DNA of 64,000 nt, taken from positions 24,278-88,277 of the forward strand of contig JBFWWP010000023.1 of NCBI GenBank assembly GCA_050246115.1. Direction: 5' to 3'. Shown here piece by piece: positions 46,601 to 56,746 of this stretch; the first letter of the stretch is position 1; every line of letters begins with the position of its first letter. Origin of the DNA: Planctomycetota bacterium. GTDB taxonomy: Bacteria > Planctomycetota > UBA8108 > UBA1146 > JAJFFE01. The position numbers and the translations under genes are program-made. The notes below the pieces were generated by a model. The model was given only the letters and a program-made list of their open reading frames with translations, did no database searches and had not been told where the DNA came from.

Positions 46601-48338
46601 CGAAGAGACCGATGTTCTCGCGAACTGCTGCGAGGCGCCGAGCGACCTTACCTGCGATAGCACCTTCTGCGCCGACGGGAACGTCACGCTGGCATGGACC
46701 AACAACGACACCTACGGGACGTTGGAGTTGGTGCGGGACGACGGCGTGTCCCCGGTCACGATCCCGCTGGCGAACAACGCTGTGGGTTTCGTGGACGTCG
46801 CGCTCCCGACCGGGAGCTACACCTACACCCTGAACGCCGTGTGTGCGAACGGCCTGAGCCGCAGCCTCGAGTGTGAGGTCGATCACGAGTTGGTGGCGCC
46901 GAGCGCGACGTGTGGCACCGCTGACCTGTCCTCGGATGTCGTGTTGCTCAACTGGGTCAACAACGGCCAGTACGACTCGCTCGCGCTCTTGCGAGACGGG
47001 GTGCTCGTGACCCCGCAGCCGCTGCCTGGCGATACGGCCTTCACGGAGAGCGGTTTGGCGGACGGCACCTATCTCTATACGCTGACGGCCGACTGTTCGG
47101 GTCAGAGCGCCTCGGTCGACTGCCGAGTCACGGTGTACACCGGTCCGGCGGACGTCCTGCTCATTCCGGAGGTGGATACGGATACGGTTGGCATGTACAG
47201 CCCTGTCGACGGCACGTACTTCGGCAACCTGATTCACGATAACGAGAGCCTGTTGTCGTCGCCGATCGCGGCTATCCTGGGACCTGACGGGCTGATCTAC
47301 GTTTCCGACAACCTGACCGATGCGATTCGTCGCTACACGACCGGGGGGCTGTTCGTCGACACTTTCGTGCCCCTGCAGCAGCCGCCCGATGGACTGGACG
47401 GTGTCTTGGGCATCGAGTTCCGTAACGATCACCTGTTCGTGGCGAGTACCGGCGACCTCGGGATCAACCGCAAGAAGATCAACGAGTACGACCTCAACGG
47501 CAATCTGATCGGCCGATTCATGGACGCCGGTAGCCCGGCGACCTATGACCCGCGGGACTTCATGTTCCTCGGTGACGGCACGGTCTTGGTGGCGGACGAG
47601 CAACCGACCGTGAACCTGACCGATCGGGTGTTGCTGTTCGACGCCAACGGATTGAACCCGTTGCCGATCATCACCGGTCTCACGCAGCCCGAGCAGCTCG
47701 CGGCCTTGTCCAACGGCAACTTCTTGGTGTGTGGTTCGTTCTCGGACAACATCATCGAGTTCGACTTGGCAGGGAACGTGATCAACAACTTCGCGCTGGG
47801 CGAAGCCGTGAACGGAGTCCATGAACTCGACAACGGCTTGTGGATCTACTCCAACGGGGACTTCGCGTCCGAGGGCGTTTACACCTTCGATCCCGCCACC
47901 CAGACCGAGACGCTCATCGTCGGCGGCTTCGAACCGAGCCAGATCGAACGGGTCACCTTGGTGAGCGATCCGGAGTTCCTGCGCGGTGATGCCAATCAAG
48001 ATCTGAGTATCAACATCGCGGACGCGATCTTCGTGCTCAGTACGTTGTTCCCGCCGCCGGCGTGCGTCCCGGACACCGATGGCATCCCAGACGGCCCGCC
48101 GGAGTGCCCGTTCCTGGTGTGTGCCGATGCCGGGGACTGTAACGATGACGGCACCGTCAACATTGCTGACGCGGTGTTCTTGCTGAGCGTTCTGTTCCCA
48201 CCCCCCGGCTGCACGCCGGACGTGGACGGGATCCCGAATGGTCCGCCAGAGTGCCCGTTCTTCCCGCAACCGCGGGGAGCCTGCGGTGTAGACCCGACCG
48301 CAGACTCTCTGGACTGCGCATTGCCCGCCTGCCCGTAA
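43641..48338 (+). CDS. 1565-aa secreted protein: N..G..AF propeller, Cys-rich Fn3-like domains, two proprotein-convertase P-like domains, NHL-like propeller, variant dockerin-like domain
   Basis: AAGGAG RBS; signal peptide; TSPLGTT(I/V)TLQ...G(N/D)WTLT...LN(E/Q)WC twice; GPDGLIYVSD; FLRGDANQD; paralog of 36706-39396. Confidence 0.85.
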   Translation: MVRTLRKQLMVSCFALALGGSLSAQVMVAPLYLEPDPAPGTVTTYETFDKPDIGAGGHIAFTGDGPGTAADDFIYVDVALVALEGTAAPGVVVGNFGSFEAFESLHQLNLAGDLAFIAFLTGATAATDKTVYIRSGGVNTLQLQEGGAADGIPGRVYNDFSFLCLHDSGDILTLVDLDGAATDDIVIYQGSPGAMVPLYREGGVIVGGGSLAGFNWDVAFNELQGNGAGSFVFFGSANTTPNGDGVFRHSGAGLELLYRAGDPLVARTATVNITSSLTLGNAIAENGDWAFRSSVSTTQLPSAENAVIISSNGIVYQEGAAVPAVPGATVTGNFNGLAINSVGDVMYLADLIGAADTTNTEALFVNDQVVAVRGGAVPGLPGFTFVELDFEDLDINDARQMVFQADVSDGVNPSREGIFMATIAGTTTVRDLTCSSVPGSGSLTLNWSNTAVYDGINVYVNGVLTTTLAGTATMHSESGLPGGVSMVCLEPFIGVELAAQRCCGVENLTPSIQGLTCNQTPGSSMDVDLTWTNPTAYTEIQVTVNAGVPTVLAGTATSATIPTGGLVGDTVEICVVGVGALFGPAPEVCCSVLLAPIVPIATQTVCNLPGIVVDGSTATPDTQTDLLLFPTSMFVSDVLVSVDITTTFIGAIEPMTVTSPLGTTITLQNNVGGGADNLDVVYTDSGFAHGSQLFNLGLPMQPQGPGTMADFFCENAQGNWTLTMTDDSSFSYTLNEWCVGIVENTSGMCVSAVENIACSVAPGGEQALVSWDIPLGTVYSGYEITVNGVPVANPPAGSATSYTTDPLLLSGQTLELCVIGLVGANPAGAACCTVQVVIAPDVLLCNTYAPAVNVPNDDRVLDVINVAGPGATVRQVEVMVDISISAGASTAVLNPLTITSPLGTTVTLQRLFNTGLTNLLVTYSDGGRINDPPFDVNDIMQVDFLPLTPVMLDEFNCEPSAGDWTLTVNNVTDDDTVDLNQWCLLLHEETDVLANCCEAPSDLTCDSTFCADGNVTLAWTNNDTYGTLELVRDDGVSPVTIPLANNAVGFVDVALPTGSYTYTLNAVCANGLSRSLECEVDHELVAPSATCGTADLSSDVVLLNWVNNGQYDSLALLRDGVLVTPQPLPGDTAFTESGLADGTYLYTLTADCSGQSASVDCRVTVYTGPADVLLIPEVDTDTVGMYSPVDGTYFGNLIHDNESLLSSPIAAILGPDGLIYVSDNLTDAIRRYTTGGLFVDTFVPLQQPPDGLDGVLGIEFRNDHLFVASTGDLGINRKKINEYDLNGNLIGRFMDAGSPATYDPRDFMFLGDGTVLVADEQPTVNLTDRVLLFDANGLNPLPIITGLTQPEQLAALSNGNFLVCGSFSDNIIEFDLAGNVINNFALGEAVNGVHELDNGLWIYSNGDFASEGVYTFDPATQTETLIVGGFEPSQIERVTLVSDPEFLRGDANQDLSINIADAIFVLSTLFPPPACVPDTDGIPDGPPECPFLVCADAGDCNDDGTVNIADAVFLLSVLFPPPGCTPDVDGIPNGPPECPFFPQPRGACGVDPTADSLDCALPACP

Positions 48339-48362
48339 GGTAGGGGCAGCCCGATCAACGCC

Positions 48363-48398
48363 AAAAGGGGCGGAACCTTTGCAGGTTCCGCCCCTTCT
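48363..48398. terminator. Bidirectional intrinsic terminator
   Basis: aaggggcggaacct-ttgc-aggttccgcccctt between convergent genes, with flanking A/T tracts. Confidence 0.85.
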
Positions 48399-48429
48399 TC
48401 GTGTCCCGTGAGCTCTCCCCAAACGGGGC

Positions 48430-48990
48430 TTACATGGCGGCCCACTTGCCTGCCTGCTTGGCGCGCTTGATCCTGGCGAGCGGGATGGTCGTGAGGAAGG
48501 CGATCTCGTCCTTCATCAGGAGCGCGATCGTCGACGAGGCGTCGAGCGAGGCCCCGTCGACCAGCACCTTCGGGAACATGCCGTTGTGCGGGATGTCGCC
48601 GGCGACAACGGGGCGAACGCCGCCCGTCTGCAGGATGTTCAGCGAATCGTACTCGATCTCGTAGATGATGTAGGGCCGGCCCTTCGCGTCCTTGCCGGCA
48701 GCTTGGCCACCGCAGTCCTCATCGGGAGCCGTCGAAATCTGCGGTGTCGACGTCTTGTTCTTCGTGTACTTGATGAAGACCTGGAGATCGAGGGTCTTCT
48801 TGATCGTCACGGCATTGAGCGCCCCCGCGAGGGCCTCGGGGAACTGGTCATTCGCCACGGCCTCATTGCTGGCCTTCTTGATGAGGAGGCGTGCTTGTTC
48901 TGCAGTGAGCGGAACCCAGGCGCTGAAGCCTTGCGCCTTCTTGATGTCCTCGGGCGGGCGTGAGTCGCCACGGTAGAGTTTGATCGGCAT
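48430..48990 (-). CDS. Putative R-S-E clade ADP-ribosyltransferase (heat-labile enterotoxin A / pertussis S1 / scabin-like fold)
   Basis: KLYRGDSRPPEDIK..GF, QISTA, YIIYEI, DEIAFLTTIP...I; 186 aa, no signal peptide. Confidence 0.75.
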   Translation of the reverse strand: MPIKLYRGDSRPPEDIKKAQGFSAWVPLTAEQARLLIKKASNEAVANDQFPEALAGALNAVTIKKTLDLQVFIKYTKNKTSTPQISTAPDEDCGGQAAGKDAKGRPYIIYEIEYDSLNILQTGGVRPVVAGDIPHNGMFPKVLVDGASLDASSTIALLMKDEIAFLTTIPLARIKRAKQAGKWAAM

Positions 48991-49079
48991 GGTTGTCTTC
49001 CCTTCGGCGGGTTTGGGGTCGCGGCGGAGAGGAGCGAGGTTTCGACCCAACAGGTCTCGGGGTTGGCCACGCGGCCGCT

Positions 49080-49658
49080 TCACATTCGCGGGATGGTGAT
49101 TCCACGCTGGCCTTGGTATTTCCCACCACGGTCCTTGTAGGACGTCAAGCACTCCTCGTCGCTCTCGAAGAAGAGCACCTGGGCGATACCCTCATGGGCG
49201 TAGATCCGGGCGGGGAGTGGGGTCGTGTTCGAAATCTCGATGGTCACGTGGCCCTCCCACTCGGGCTCGAACGGAGTGACGTTGACGATGATGCCGCAGC
49301 GCGCGTAGGTCGACTTGCCGAGGCAGATCGTGATGACCTTCCGCGGGATCCGGAAGTACTCGATGCTGCGCGCGAGCGCGAATGAGTTGGGCGGGATGAC
49401 ACAGGTGTCGGCCTTGATGTCGACGAAGGAGCTGGCGTCGAAGTTCTTGGGGTCGACGACGGTGTTGTAGACGTTGGTGAACACTTTGAACTCGTCGGAC
49501 ACGCGCACGTCGTACCCGTAGCTCGAGGTGCCGTAGCTGATGATCCGACGCCGTGCGTCCCCTTCGCCAAGGTAGCGCACTTGCTCGCTCTGAAACGGCT
49601 CGATCATGGCGTGCTCGGTCGCCATCCGGTGGATCCACTGATCGGGCTTGATGCTCAT
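49080..49658 (-). CDS. dcd: dCTP deaminase
   Basis: [36 protein letters not shown]. Confidence 0.97.
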   Translation of the reverse strand: MSIKPDQWIHRMATEHAMIEPFQSEQVRYLGEGDARRRIISYGTSSYGYDVRVSDEFKVFTNVYNTVVDPKNFDASSFVDIKADTCVIPPNSFALARSIEYFRIPRKVITICLGKSTYARCGIIVNVTPFEPEWEGHVTIEISNTTPLPARIYAHEGIAQVLFFESDEECLTSYKDRGGKYQGQRGITIPRM

Positions 49659-49733
49659 CGATTCCCTTGCTTGTCATTCGTCAGCAGCTCACCGGGCCCA
49701 CGGACCCGGCGAACTGCTGACGGGGAACGGCTC

Positions 49734-52700
49734 TCAGCTGCAGCCCGTCGTGCCGCCGCAGCTCTCGCATTTCAGGCAGGTACCATTGCGGACCAGGGTG
49801 AATTGACCGCACTCCGGGCATGGATCGCCTTCGTAACCCTTCTGTCGCGCTTGGCGCGCCAAGGCCATCGAGGACTTGCGCGCGAGGATCGGGGCCGGAG
49901 TCGGGCCCGCTTTGGCTCGGGCGGCGCTGGCGGCGATCTCGCGTTGCCGGGCGCGAATAGCGGCCTGCGCCGCCGGGAGGCTCGCCTCGGGGCCACTCGT
50001 AGCCGGCCCGGCTTCGGGGTTGGTCGTGGGGTTGGTGTCGGCGTCGGTCGCGGCGTTGCGAGGTACGTCTCGCTCGGTGACTTCCTCTTCGGAGAAGCTC
50101 GGCTCATCATCGGCGCCGCGCAGAGTATCGTTGCGCAGATCCTCCTCGGATACCTGACGGAAGTCAGAGCGCCCGAGGTAGGTGATCGCCAGTTCCCGGA
50201 AAATGTAGTCGATCACCGAGGTGGCCATCCGGATGTTGTCGTTGCCGATCACGATGCCGTTGGGCTCGAAGCGCGTGAACACGAAAGCGTCGACGAACTC
50301 CTCGAGCGGCACCCCATGCTGCAAACCGAGGGATACCGCGATCGCGAAGCAGTTCATCAGCGAACGGAACGCGGCGCCCTCCTTGTGCATGTCCAGGAAC
50401 ACTTCGCCGAGCGTGCCATCCTTGTACTCGCCGGTCCGGAGGTACACCTTGTGTCCGCCGACGATCGCCTTCTGGGTGAATCCGGCGCGTCGGTGGGGTA
50501 GTCGCCGCCGCTTCGAAAGATAGCGCAGGACGACCTTCTGGGTGGCTCGTTGCGCCAGCTCCTCCACGTCGCGCCGCGCGACCGCGCTTTCGATCGCTGC
50601 GCTCTCGTCGGACGACACGCTCAACGGCTGGGACAGCTTCGAGCCATCTCGGTACAGCGCGACGGCCTTCAGCATCCACTCCCAGCCCAGTTCGTAGACC
50701 CGCTTGGAGTCGTCGATGCTGGCATCGTTGGGCATGTTGATCGTCTTCGAGATCGCGCCCGAGATGAACGGCTGTGCGGCCGCCATCATTCGGAGGTGCG
50801 CCTCGAAAGGAATGAACCTCTCGCCGAGCTTACCGCAGCGGTTGGCGCAGTCGAACACTGGCAAATGCTCGGGCTTCAGGTGCGGTGCGCGCTCCACGGT
50901 CATGTGTCCGCAGCAGTAGTCGTTGGCGCTCTGGACCTCCCGAGGGGAGTAGCCGAGCGCCGCGAGCGGATGGAGCGCCCAGTCGGCCATCTGAGCGTCG
51001 GTCAGCTTGAGCGTGTTGCGCAGGAAGTTCTCGCCGAGGACGTGGGGCGAGAAGGCATACTGGATCTCGAAGGCGCTGGCGAGCGCGTCCTCGACCCGCT
51101 GGATTGCGCTGGCATCGAAGCCCCGGTCTTTCAGGGTGTCATGGTTGATGTAGGGCGCGCTGCGCAAGGACTGGCGTCCCACGCAGTAGGCCACGATCTC
51201 CTCGACTTGCCGGTCGCTGTAGCCCAGACGCTTCAGGGCGGGCGGCAGGCTCTGGTTGGCGATCTTGAAGAAACCGCCCCCCGCGAGCTTCTTGAACTTC
51301 ACCAGCGCGAAGTCCGGCTCGATGCCGGTGGTGTCGCAGTCCATGACCAGGCCAATGGTGCCGGTGGGGGCGATCACGGTGGTCTGGGCGTTGCGATAGC
51401 CGTACTTTTCGCCCAAGGCCAGCGCGCGGTCCCAACACTGGCGAGCTTCGATCAAGAAGTCTTCCGGACAGTGTTTGGGGTCGATGGCGATCGGGAACGA
51501 TGTGAGCCCCTCGTACTCGCTCCGAGCCGCGTTGTAGGCGGCGCGTCGGTGGTTCCGAATGACGCGCAGCATCGCGTCGCGGTTCTTCTCGAAACCCGGG
51601 AACGGGCCTAGCTGCCGCGCCATCTCGGCCGAGGTGGCGTAGGACTCTCCGGTCAGGATGGCGCTCACGGCCCCACAGATGGCGTAGGCCTGATCCGAGT
51701 GGTACGGAATCCCGAGGCGCATGAGGACCGTGCCGAGGTTGGCATAGCCCAGTCCGAGGGTGCGGAACTTGTAGCTGAGCCGGGCGATCTCGGCGCTCGG
51801 ATAGGACGCCATGAGCACGCTGATCTCGAGCACCACGGTCCACAGACGGCAGGCGTGGCGGAAGGACTCGATGTCGAACACGCCGTCGTCGCCGAGGAAA
51901 CGGACCAGATTGATCGACGCCAAGTTGCACGCCGTGTCGTCGAGGAACATGTACTCGGAACACGGGTTCGAGGCGTTGATCCGACCGTCGTTGGGGCACG
52001 TGTGCCACTCGTTGATCGTGGTGTCGTACTGGAGCCCAGGGTCCGCGCAACTCCACGCGGAGAACGCGATCTTCTCCCACAGGTCGCGCGCGCGCACCTC
52101 GCGGTGAACCGTGCCGTCCGTGCGTCGACGCAGGCTCCACGGCTTGTCGGCGGCCAAGGCTTCGAAGAACGTGTTCGGGACGCGAACGCTGTTGTTGGCG
52201 TTCTGCCCGGACACCGTAAGGTAAGCCTTGCTTTCCCAGCCGGTGTCGAACTCGTCGAACTCGAACGTGCTGATGCCCTGGTCTGCGAGCAGCAACATGC
52301 GCTGCACGTAGCCCTCGGGAACTCCATGGCGGCGCGCGTCCGCGATCGCGGCCTGGAGCGCCGGGTTCTTCTTCGGGTCGGTGACCACGTCGCGGGTCGT
52401 GTCCGCGTGCTCCACCTGACAAGCCGACAGCACCGCGTGCAGCTTCTGGTTGCAGATTCGCGAGCCGGCCACGAGCGCGGCGACTTTCTGCTCCTCACGC
52501 ACTTTCCAGGTCACGAACGACTCGATGTCGGGGTGGTCGAGATCCAAGCAGACCATCTTGGCTGCACGGCGGGTCGTTCCGCCGCTCTTGATCGCGCCGG
52601 CCGCTGCGTCGCCGATTTTCAGGAACGACATGAGTCCGGATGAGCGACCGCCTCCGGAGAGCGGCTCACCTTCGCCGCGGATCTGAGAGAAATTGGAGCC

Positions 52701-53345
52701 GGTGCCGGAGCCATACTTGAACAGGCGGGCCTCGCGCGTCCACAGGTCCATGATGCCGCCCTCGTTGACGAGGTCGTCGCTCACCGACTGGATGAAGCAC
52801 GCGTGCGGCTGCGGTCGCTCGTAAGCATTGGCCGTGCGTTGGACCTGATCGGTCTCGGGATCGAAGTAGTGGTGTCCCTGCGCTGGCCCGGTGATGCCGT
52901 AGGCGTGGTGGAGGCCAGTGTTGAACCACTGTGGCGAGTTCGGGGCGGCCATTTGCGCAGCGAGCATGAACCGGAGCTCATCGTGAAACGACTCGGCGTC
53001 TTGGGGTGTGTCGAAGTAGCCGTGGCGTTGACCCCAGTCGGTCCAGCAACCGACGAGGCGGTCGAAGACTTGGCGGGCGTCGGTCTCCGTGCCGAGAAGC
53101 GGCTTGCCGTCCGAGCCGAGGCGCGGATTGCCGTCGGCGTCGCGCAACGGGACTCCGGCTTTTCGGAAGTACTTCTGCGCGAGAATGTCGGTTGCCATCT
53201 GCGACCAGTGTGAAGGGACCTTGATCCCGTCCAAACGAAAGACGGTCGAGCCATCCGGGTTGCGGATTTCCGAGACCCGGTCCACAAACTCGAAGTCGTG
53301 GTACGGGCCATCTTTCGGTTGCGTGAAACGACGATCGATCTTCAA
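49734..53345 (-). CDS. nrdJ: Adenosylcobalamin-dependent (class II) ribonucleotide reductase
   Basis: [43 protein letters not shown]-terminal CPEC...CESC; TTG start after GGAGG. Confidence 0.97.
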   Translation of the reverse strand: MKIDRRFTQPKDGPYHDFEFVDRVSEIRNPDGSTVFRLDGIKVPSHWSQMATDILAQKYFRKAGVPLRDADGNPRLGSDGKPLLGTETDARQVFDRLVGCWTDWGQRHGYFDTPQDAESFHDELRFMLAAQMAAPNSPQWFNTGLHHAYGITGPAQGHHYFDPETDQVQRTANAYERPQPHACFIQSVSDDLVNEGGIMDLWTREARLFKYGSGTGSNFSQIRGEGEPLSGGGRSSGLMSFLKIGDAAAGAIKSGGTTRRAAKMVCLDLDHPDIESFVTWKVREEQKVAALVAGSRICNQKLHAVLSACQVEHADTTRDVVTDPKKNPALQAAIADARRHGVPEGYVQRMLLLADQGISTFEFDEFDTGWESKAYLTVSGQNANNSVRVPNTFFEALAADKPWSLRRRTDGTVHREVRARDLWEKIAFSAWSCADPGLQYDTTINEWHTCPNDGRINASNPCSEYMFLDDTACNLASINLVRFLGDDGVFDIESFRHACRLWTVVLEISVLMASYPSAEIARLSYKFRTLGLGYANLGTVLMRLGIPYHSDQAYAICGAVSAILTGESYATSAEMARQLGPFPGFEKNRDAMLRVIRNHRRAAYNAARSEYEGLTSFPIAIDPKHCPEDFLIEARQCWDRALALGEKYGYRNAQTTVIAPTGTIGLVMDCDTTGIEPDFALVKFKKLAGGGFFKIANQSLPPALKRLGYSDRQVEEIVAYCVGRQSLRSAPYINHDTLKDRGFDASAIQRVEDALASAFEIQYAFSPHVLGENFLRNTLKLTDAQMADWALHPLAALGYSPREVQSANDYCCGHMTVERAPHLKPEHLPVFDCANRCGKLGERFIPFEAHLRMMAAAQPFISGAISKTINMPNDASIDDSKRVYELGWEWMLKAVALYRDGSKLSQPLSVSSDESAAIESAVARRDVEELAQRATQKVVLRYLSKRRRLPHRRAGFTQKAIVGGHKVYLRTGEYKDGTLGEVFLDMHKEGAAFRSLMNCFAIAVSLGLQHGVPLEEFVDAFVFTRFEPNGIVIGNDNIRMATSVIDYIFRELAITYLGRSDFRQVSEEDLRNDTLRGADDEPSFSEEEVTERDVPRNAATDADTNPTTNPEAGPATSGPEASLPAAQAAIRARQREIAASAARAKAGPTPAPILARKSSMALARQARQKGYEGDPCPECGQFTLVRNGTCLKCESCGGTTGCS

Positions 53346-53948
53346 GGTCCGAGCCTCCGATTCCCCTGCTTCAGAGTTTCCTGGGAGGGCTGTTCACGAA
53401 AGTAGCTGACGACGCAACCGACCCCGCCGCGCTGGGACGGCGGAGTCCGCGGCGGCCAAGCCCGTCCGGACGACTTGCGAACGGGCACCCCGGTGGTGTC
53501 GCGTACCGGCGCCCCGATGGCTCCGGCGGACCGCACGGGTGAGGTCACTCACAGCGCAACGTTCCGTTGCTCCGTTGACCCGCACTACGGTTCGCACATC
53601 ACGTCGACTGCACACCGCGTCGACCCCCGGATCGGCCACCCGCGAGTGCGGCCTTGGAGATGCGTGGGCCCCCCCGGCCCCACGGCTAGACGACTTCGAG
53701 CGGCGCTCCGGCCGCTTCCATCCCGACGCTTCCGTCCCGCTGGAGCCAACCAGCCGGCCCAATCTTCGCACGTCAGCCGGGGCGCGCTCGGCTCGACACT
53801 GGCTTGTCGAGGCCCTGCCCACGAGAATCGACTTCCCGGCCTATCTTCAGCGACGGCTCCGACAGAACATCTGTTCTTCTCGCGCGAAGGAAGCCTGCCC
53901 TCGAGGCACGAACCTCCGGCACGGAACGGCCCGCGCGATGACGTGCCG

Positions 53949-53996
53949 CGCCCACAGGTAGTAGTCCCTGCTGACGAAGCGTACTATATCTAGGGG
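53949..53996. promoter_or_regulatory. Tandem NrdR boxes
   Basis: gtACTATATCTAGggg (53981-53996, strong) and cgcCcAcAggTAGtag (53949-53964, weaker), 32-bp period, versus consensus acaCwAtATaTwGtgt. Confidence 0.75.
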
Positions 53997-54011
53997 GGAT
54001 GGGGCCTTCAA
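53983..54011 (-). promoter_or_regulatory. sigma70 promoter of nrdJ
   Basis: Minus strand TTGAAG-N17-TATAGT, with -10 overlapped by the strong NrdR box. Confidence 0.65.
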
Positions 54012-54104
54012 TGACCAAAAGTTGGTCAACGTCCGAGGGGTCGTTTCTGCCTCGGGCGCCCACTACGAGGGCTCCGGGTTGCCGCTGGCGGGACCGGGGT
54101 CAGT

Positions 54105-54113
54105 TTATCCACA
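54105..54113 (+). promoter_or_regulatory. DnaA box
   Basis: Perfect TTATCCACA about 95 bp upstream of the nrdJ -35. Confidence 0.55.
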
Positions 54114-54248
54114 GACATTCCGCGAAGCGTCCCCAATCGAGGGCAACGGCGGGCCCGCGTCACGCGCGCCTCGCTGTCGCAGACAGGAGCCTAATCGCAA
54201 CCGAGCTGCCGTTCGATCGAGGTCGCAATGCCCACGAGGGTGAGTGGG

Positions 54249-55049
54249 TCAGGGCTCTCGGCGCGGCGCGGTCGTCGGCGGGGACGACCCCTCGGCGGGC
54301 GTGGCGGACCAGGCGAGCGACGACACCGGCGTTCGGTAGCGTTGCGGCGAAGCGCGAAACGCCTCCTCGGGCACCTCCAAGCTCACGGTCAGGACGCGCC
54401 CCGGATCGACCTCGATCCAGGCCTGGATCACCATCACGGTGCTCCCGGAGTCGCGAGTCCGGCGCATCTCGGCGTACAAAGCCGTGTGAGTGGCAATGGT
54501 GCGCCGTTCCCACGTCTCCAACGTGAAACCCTCGGTCCAGAGGAACCGTTGTCTGAGGTTGCGACACATGGTGTCGAAGTTCGCGGCGCCCAAGGCGTAG
54601 TCACCGAGGCTCAACGAGAAGGCAGCCTGGGCTTGGGCATCCTCGAACAAGCCGATCAGCTCCCCCGTGTGGTCGGCGACCTTCTGCCGGCGCTTGGTCT
54701 GGACGAAGGCGGCCGGCAGACGAACGGTCACCTCGTCCAAGCGGCGGACCACCACTTCTTCCGGGGCCCGGAGCTGCTCGGGATCGTATTGGACCCCCGA
54801 TCGGCCCTTGTCGTCTTCGGGCTTCTTCGGCGTCGTTGCGACCCGGTGGATCGACTCGATCTGGTGGGTGCGGAACGTGAGGATCCCGCCCGAGTCGCAG
54901 CGCAAAGTGATCTCGCGACTCGACTCGCGGAGGATCTGACCGTGGAACTGGACCCCGTCCTTGAGCCGAATCCAGTCGGCGTCGGCGCGGCCACCGGCCG
55001 CGGCGAACACAGCGAACACGAGGAGCGGAAGGAGTTTCTTGGCGGTCAT
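54249..55049 (-). CDS. Secreted hypothetical protein
   Basis: Signal peptide; ADWIRLKDGVQFHGQI module (same type as in 12702-14078); PsbP-like C-terminal pattern. Confidence 0.7.
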   Translation of the reverse strand: MTAKKLLPLLVFAVFAAAGGRADADWIRLKDGVQFHGQILRESSREITLRCDSGGILTFRTHQIESIHRVATTPKKPEDDKGRSGVQYDPEQLRAPEEVVVRRLDEVTVRLPAAFVQTKRRQKVADHTGELIGLFEDAQAQAAFSLSLGDYALGAANFDTMCRNLRQRFLWTEGFTLETWERRTIATHTALYAEMRRTRDSGSTVMVIQAWIEVDPGRVLTVSLEVPEEAFRASPQRYRTPVSSLAWSATPAEGSSPPTTAPRREP

Positions 55050-55228
55050 GGCCTCGACGTTCCGGTCGTTGGAACAGGGGCAGTGTGCGTCCTCAACGAG
55101 CCTACGATGCCGCCGACGGCAGTGCCCGAACGAGGTCGAGGGGAGTCGCTGAACTGCTCGCGCAAGCTTCTTCTAGGGAACGGTTTGCAGCTCCGGCCGC
55201 GAAACGGCCGCGCGCGGCTAGGCGACCC

Positions 55229-56746
55229 CTACTGGCGGAGCTTCGGGTCGAGTGCGTCCCGCAGGCCTTCGCCCACCAGGTTGAGGACGGTTACCGTCAA
55301 GAAGATCGCGAAACCGGGACTGAGGATCAGCCAGATCTTCCCCGTCTGCCGCCCCTGGAGGAGGAGTTGGCCCCAGGAGGGAACGTTCGGATCGCCAAGG
55401 CCGAGGAACGCCAAGCCCGACTCGAGCAGGATCGCCGAGGCCACCCCGAAGGTCGCCGCCACGAACATCGGGTGGATGGCGTTGGGCAGAACGTGCTGGA
55501 ACACGATGCGCCACCGGGGCACGCCCATGGCCCGGGCGGCCAGCACGTACTCCTGGCCTCGTTCCGCGAGGAACTGGCCGCGGATCAGTCGCGCTACCGA
55601 GGTCCAGCTCACCAGCCCGATCGCAACCATGACAACAAAGATGTTCTTGGTCTCGAGGACTGCCACCACGATCAGCACGAACGCAAAGACCGGGAAGCAG
55701 ATCATGATCTCTACGAGACGCATGAGCGTCATGTCCACCCAGCCGCCGAAGAAACCCATGAGCGCGCCGAGGATGGTGCCGATCGTGCAGTAGATCACCA
55801 CTGCGATGACACCGATCGTCAGCGACACTCGCGTCCCATAGATGATTCGCGCGAAGACGTCCCGGCCGTTCTTGTCCGTGCCGAGGGGGTGCAGGTTGCC
55901 CCAACCGCCGAACGACGGGGCCTCGACGATGCGCTCGTTGTCGTTGTCGTCGTGGTGAAATGCCACCGGCGCCAGCACGAACGTGTAGGGACTGAGCTTC
56001 AGGGCTTCCTGCGCCGCTTCATGTTTCTGGTGCCAACTCGCGAGCTGGCGGTCGACGCGCACGAGGTCCGCGTCGATCGCCCTGGCTTCGGCGTCGAGGT
56101 TTGCGCGCACGCCCGAGTCCTCGGGCGCTTGCGCGAGCGCTGCTTCCACCTCGACCTTGCGCTCCCGAAGCGCAGCCAAGCGTTCGGTGGTGGAGGCGAT
56201 TCGCTGCTCGGCCAGCACTCGCTGGAGTTCGGGTTTCCGCTCCTCCAGGTAGGACCGCTTCGGGAGCTGATAGCGCAGCCAACGCTGCGGGTAGAACGCG
56301 AGGCGACCGAATTCGCTGGTCACGACTCGCTCGGGTCCGGCCACGATGAAGAAACCGTAGAGAAATGGCAGCGCGCACGCCAGGAAGCGGGCCCGGGCCG
56401 AGTAGCGTCGCAGCAGCAACGCCACGAGCACGAAGAAGGGGCTAGCCAGGAGCAGCAGGTTGAAGAAGAGGTCCACCCCGCTCGGGAACACGTTCTGATC
56501 GAGGAGGTCGCGGAACCATGGCAGGTCGAAGCCGGCGGCGCCGCTGGCTCCAGTCACCGGGTCGATCTGCACCACCGGACTGCGATAGAACGGGCTGCTG
56601 GTCGCGAGCACCGGGGCGAAGATCGCGAGCAGGAAGAGCAACGCCAGTACCCAGAGGCCCATCATCGCGGTGCGATGCTTGCGAAACTGGCCGACGACGA
56701 TGTCCCAGTTCGTCTTGGTCTTCTTGTTGGCGGTAGGTACGTTCAC
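55229..56746 (-). CDS. oppC: Oligopeptide-type ABC permease OppC/DppC with coiled-coil insertion
   Basis: HPLGTDKNGRDVFARIIYGTRVSL, EYVLAARAMG, ESGLAFLGLG, GEGLRDALDP; GTGA overlap. Confidence 0.88.
   Translation of the reverse strand: MNVPTANKKTKTNWDIVVGQFRKHRTAMMGLWVLALLFLLAIFAPVLATSSPFYRSPVVQIDPVTGASGAAGFDLPWFRDLLDQNVFPSGVDLFFNLLLLASPFFVLVALLLRRYSARARFLACALPFLYGFFIVAGPERVVTSEFGRLAFYPQRWLRYQLPKRSYLEERKPELQRVLAEQRIASTTERLAALRERKVEVEAALAQAPEDSGVRANLDAEARAIDADLVRVDRQLASWHQKHEAAQEALKLSPYTFVLAPVAFHHDDNDNERIVEAPSFGGWGNLHPLGTDKNGRDVFARIIYGTRVSLTIGVIAVVIYCTIGTILGALMGFFGGWVDMTLMRLVEIMICFPVFAFVLIVVAVLETKNIFVVMVAIGLVSWTSVARLIRGQFLAERGQEYVLAARAMGVPRWRIVFQHVLPNAIHPMFVAATFGVASAILLESGLAFLGLGDPNVPSWGQLLLQGRQTGKIWLILSPGFAIFLTVTVLNLVGEGLRDALDPKLRQ

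Noticed and set aside
49734-53345. Intein or intron in nrdJ
   Set aside because: Continuous ORF with no splicing or homing-endonuclease motifs; length fits long NrdJ forms.
55141-55231. Third short MITE derivative (ggagtcgc...ggcgaccc)
   Set aside because: End match is too short, there is no TTA duplication and no internal similarity.
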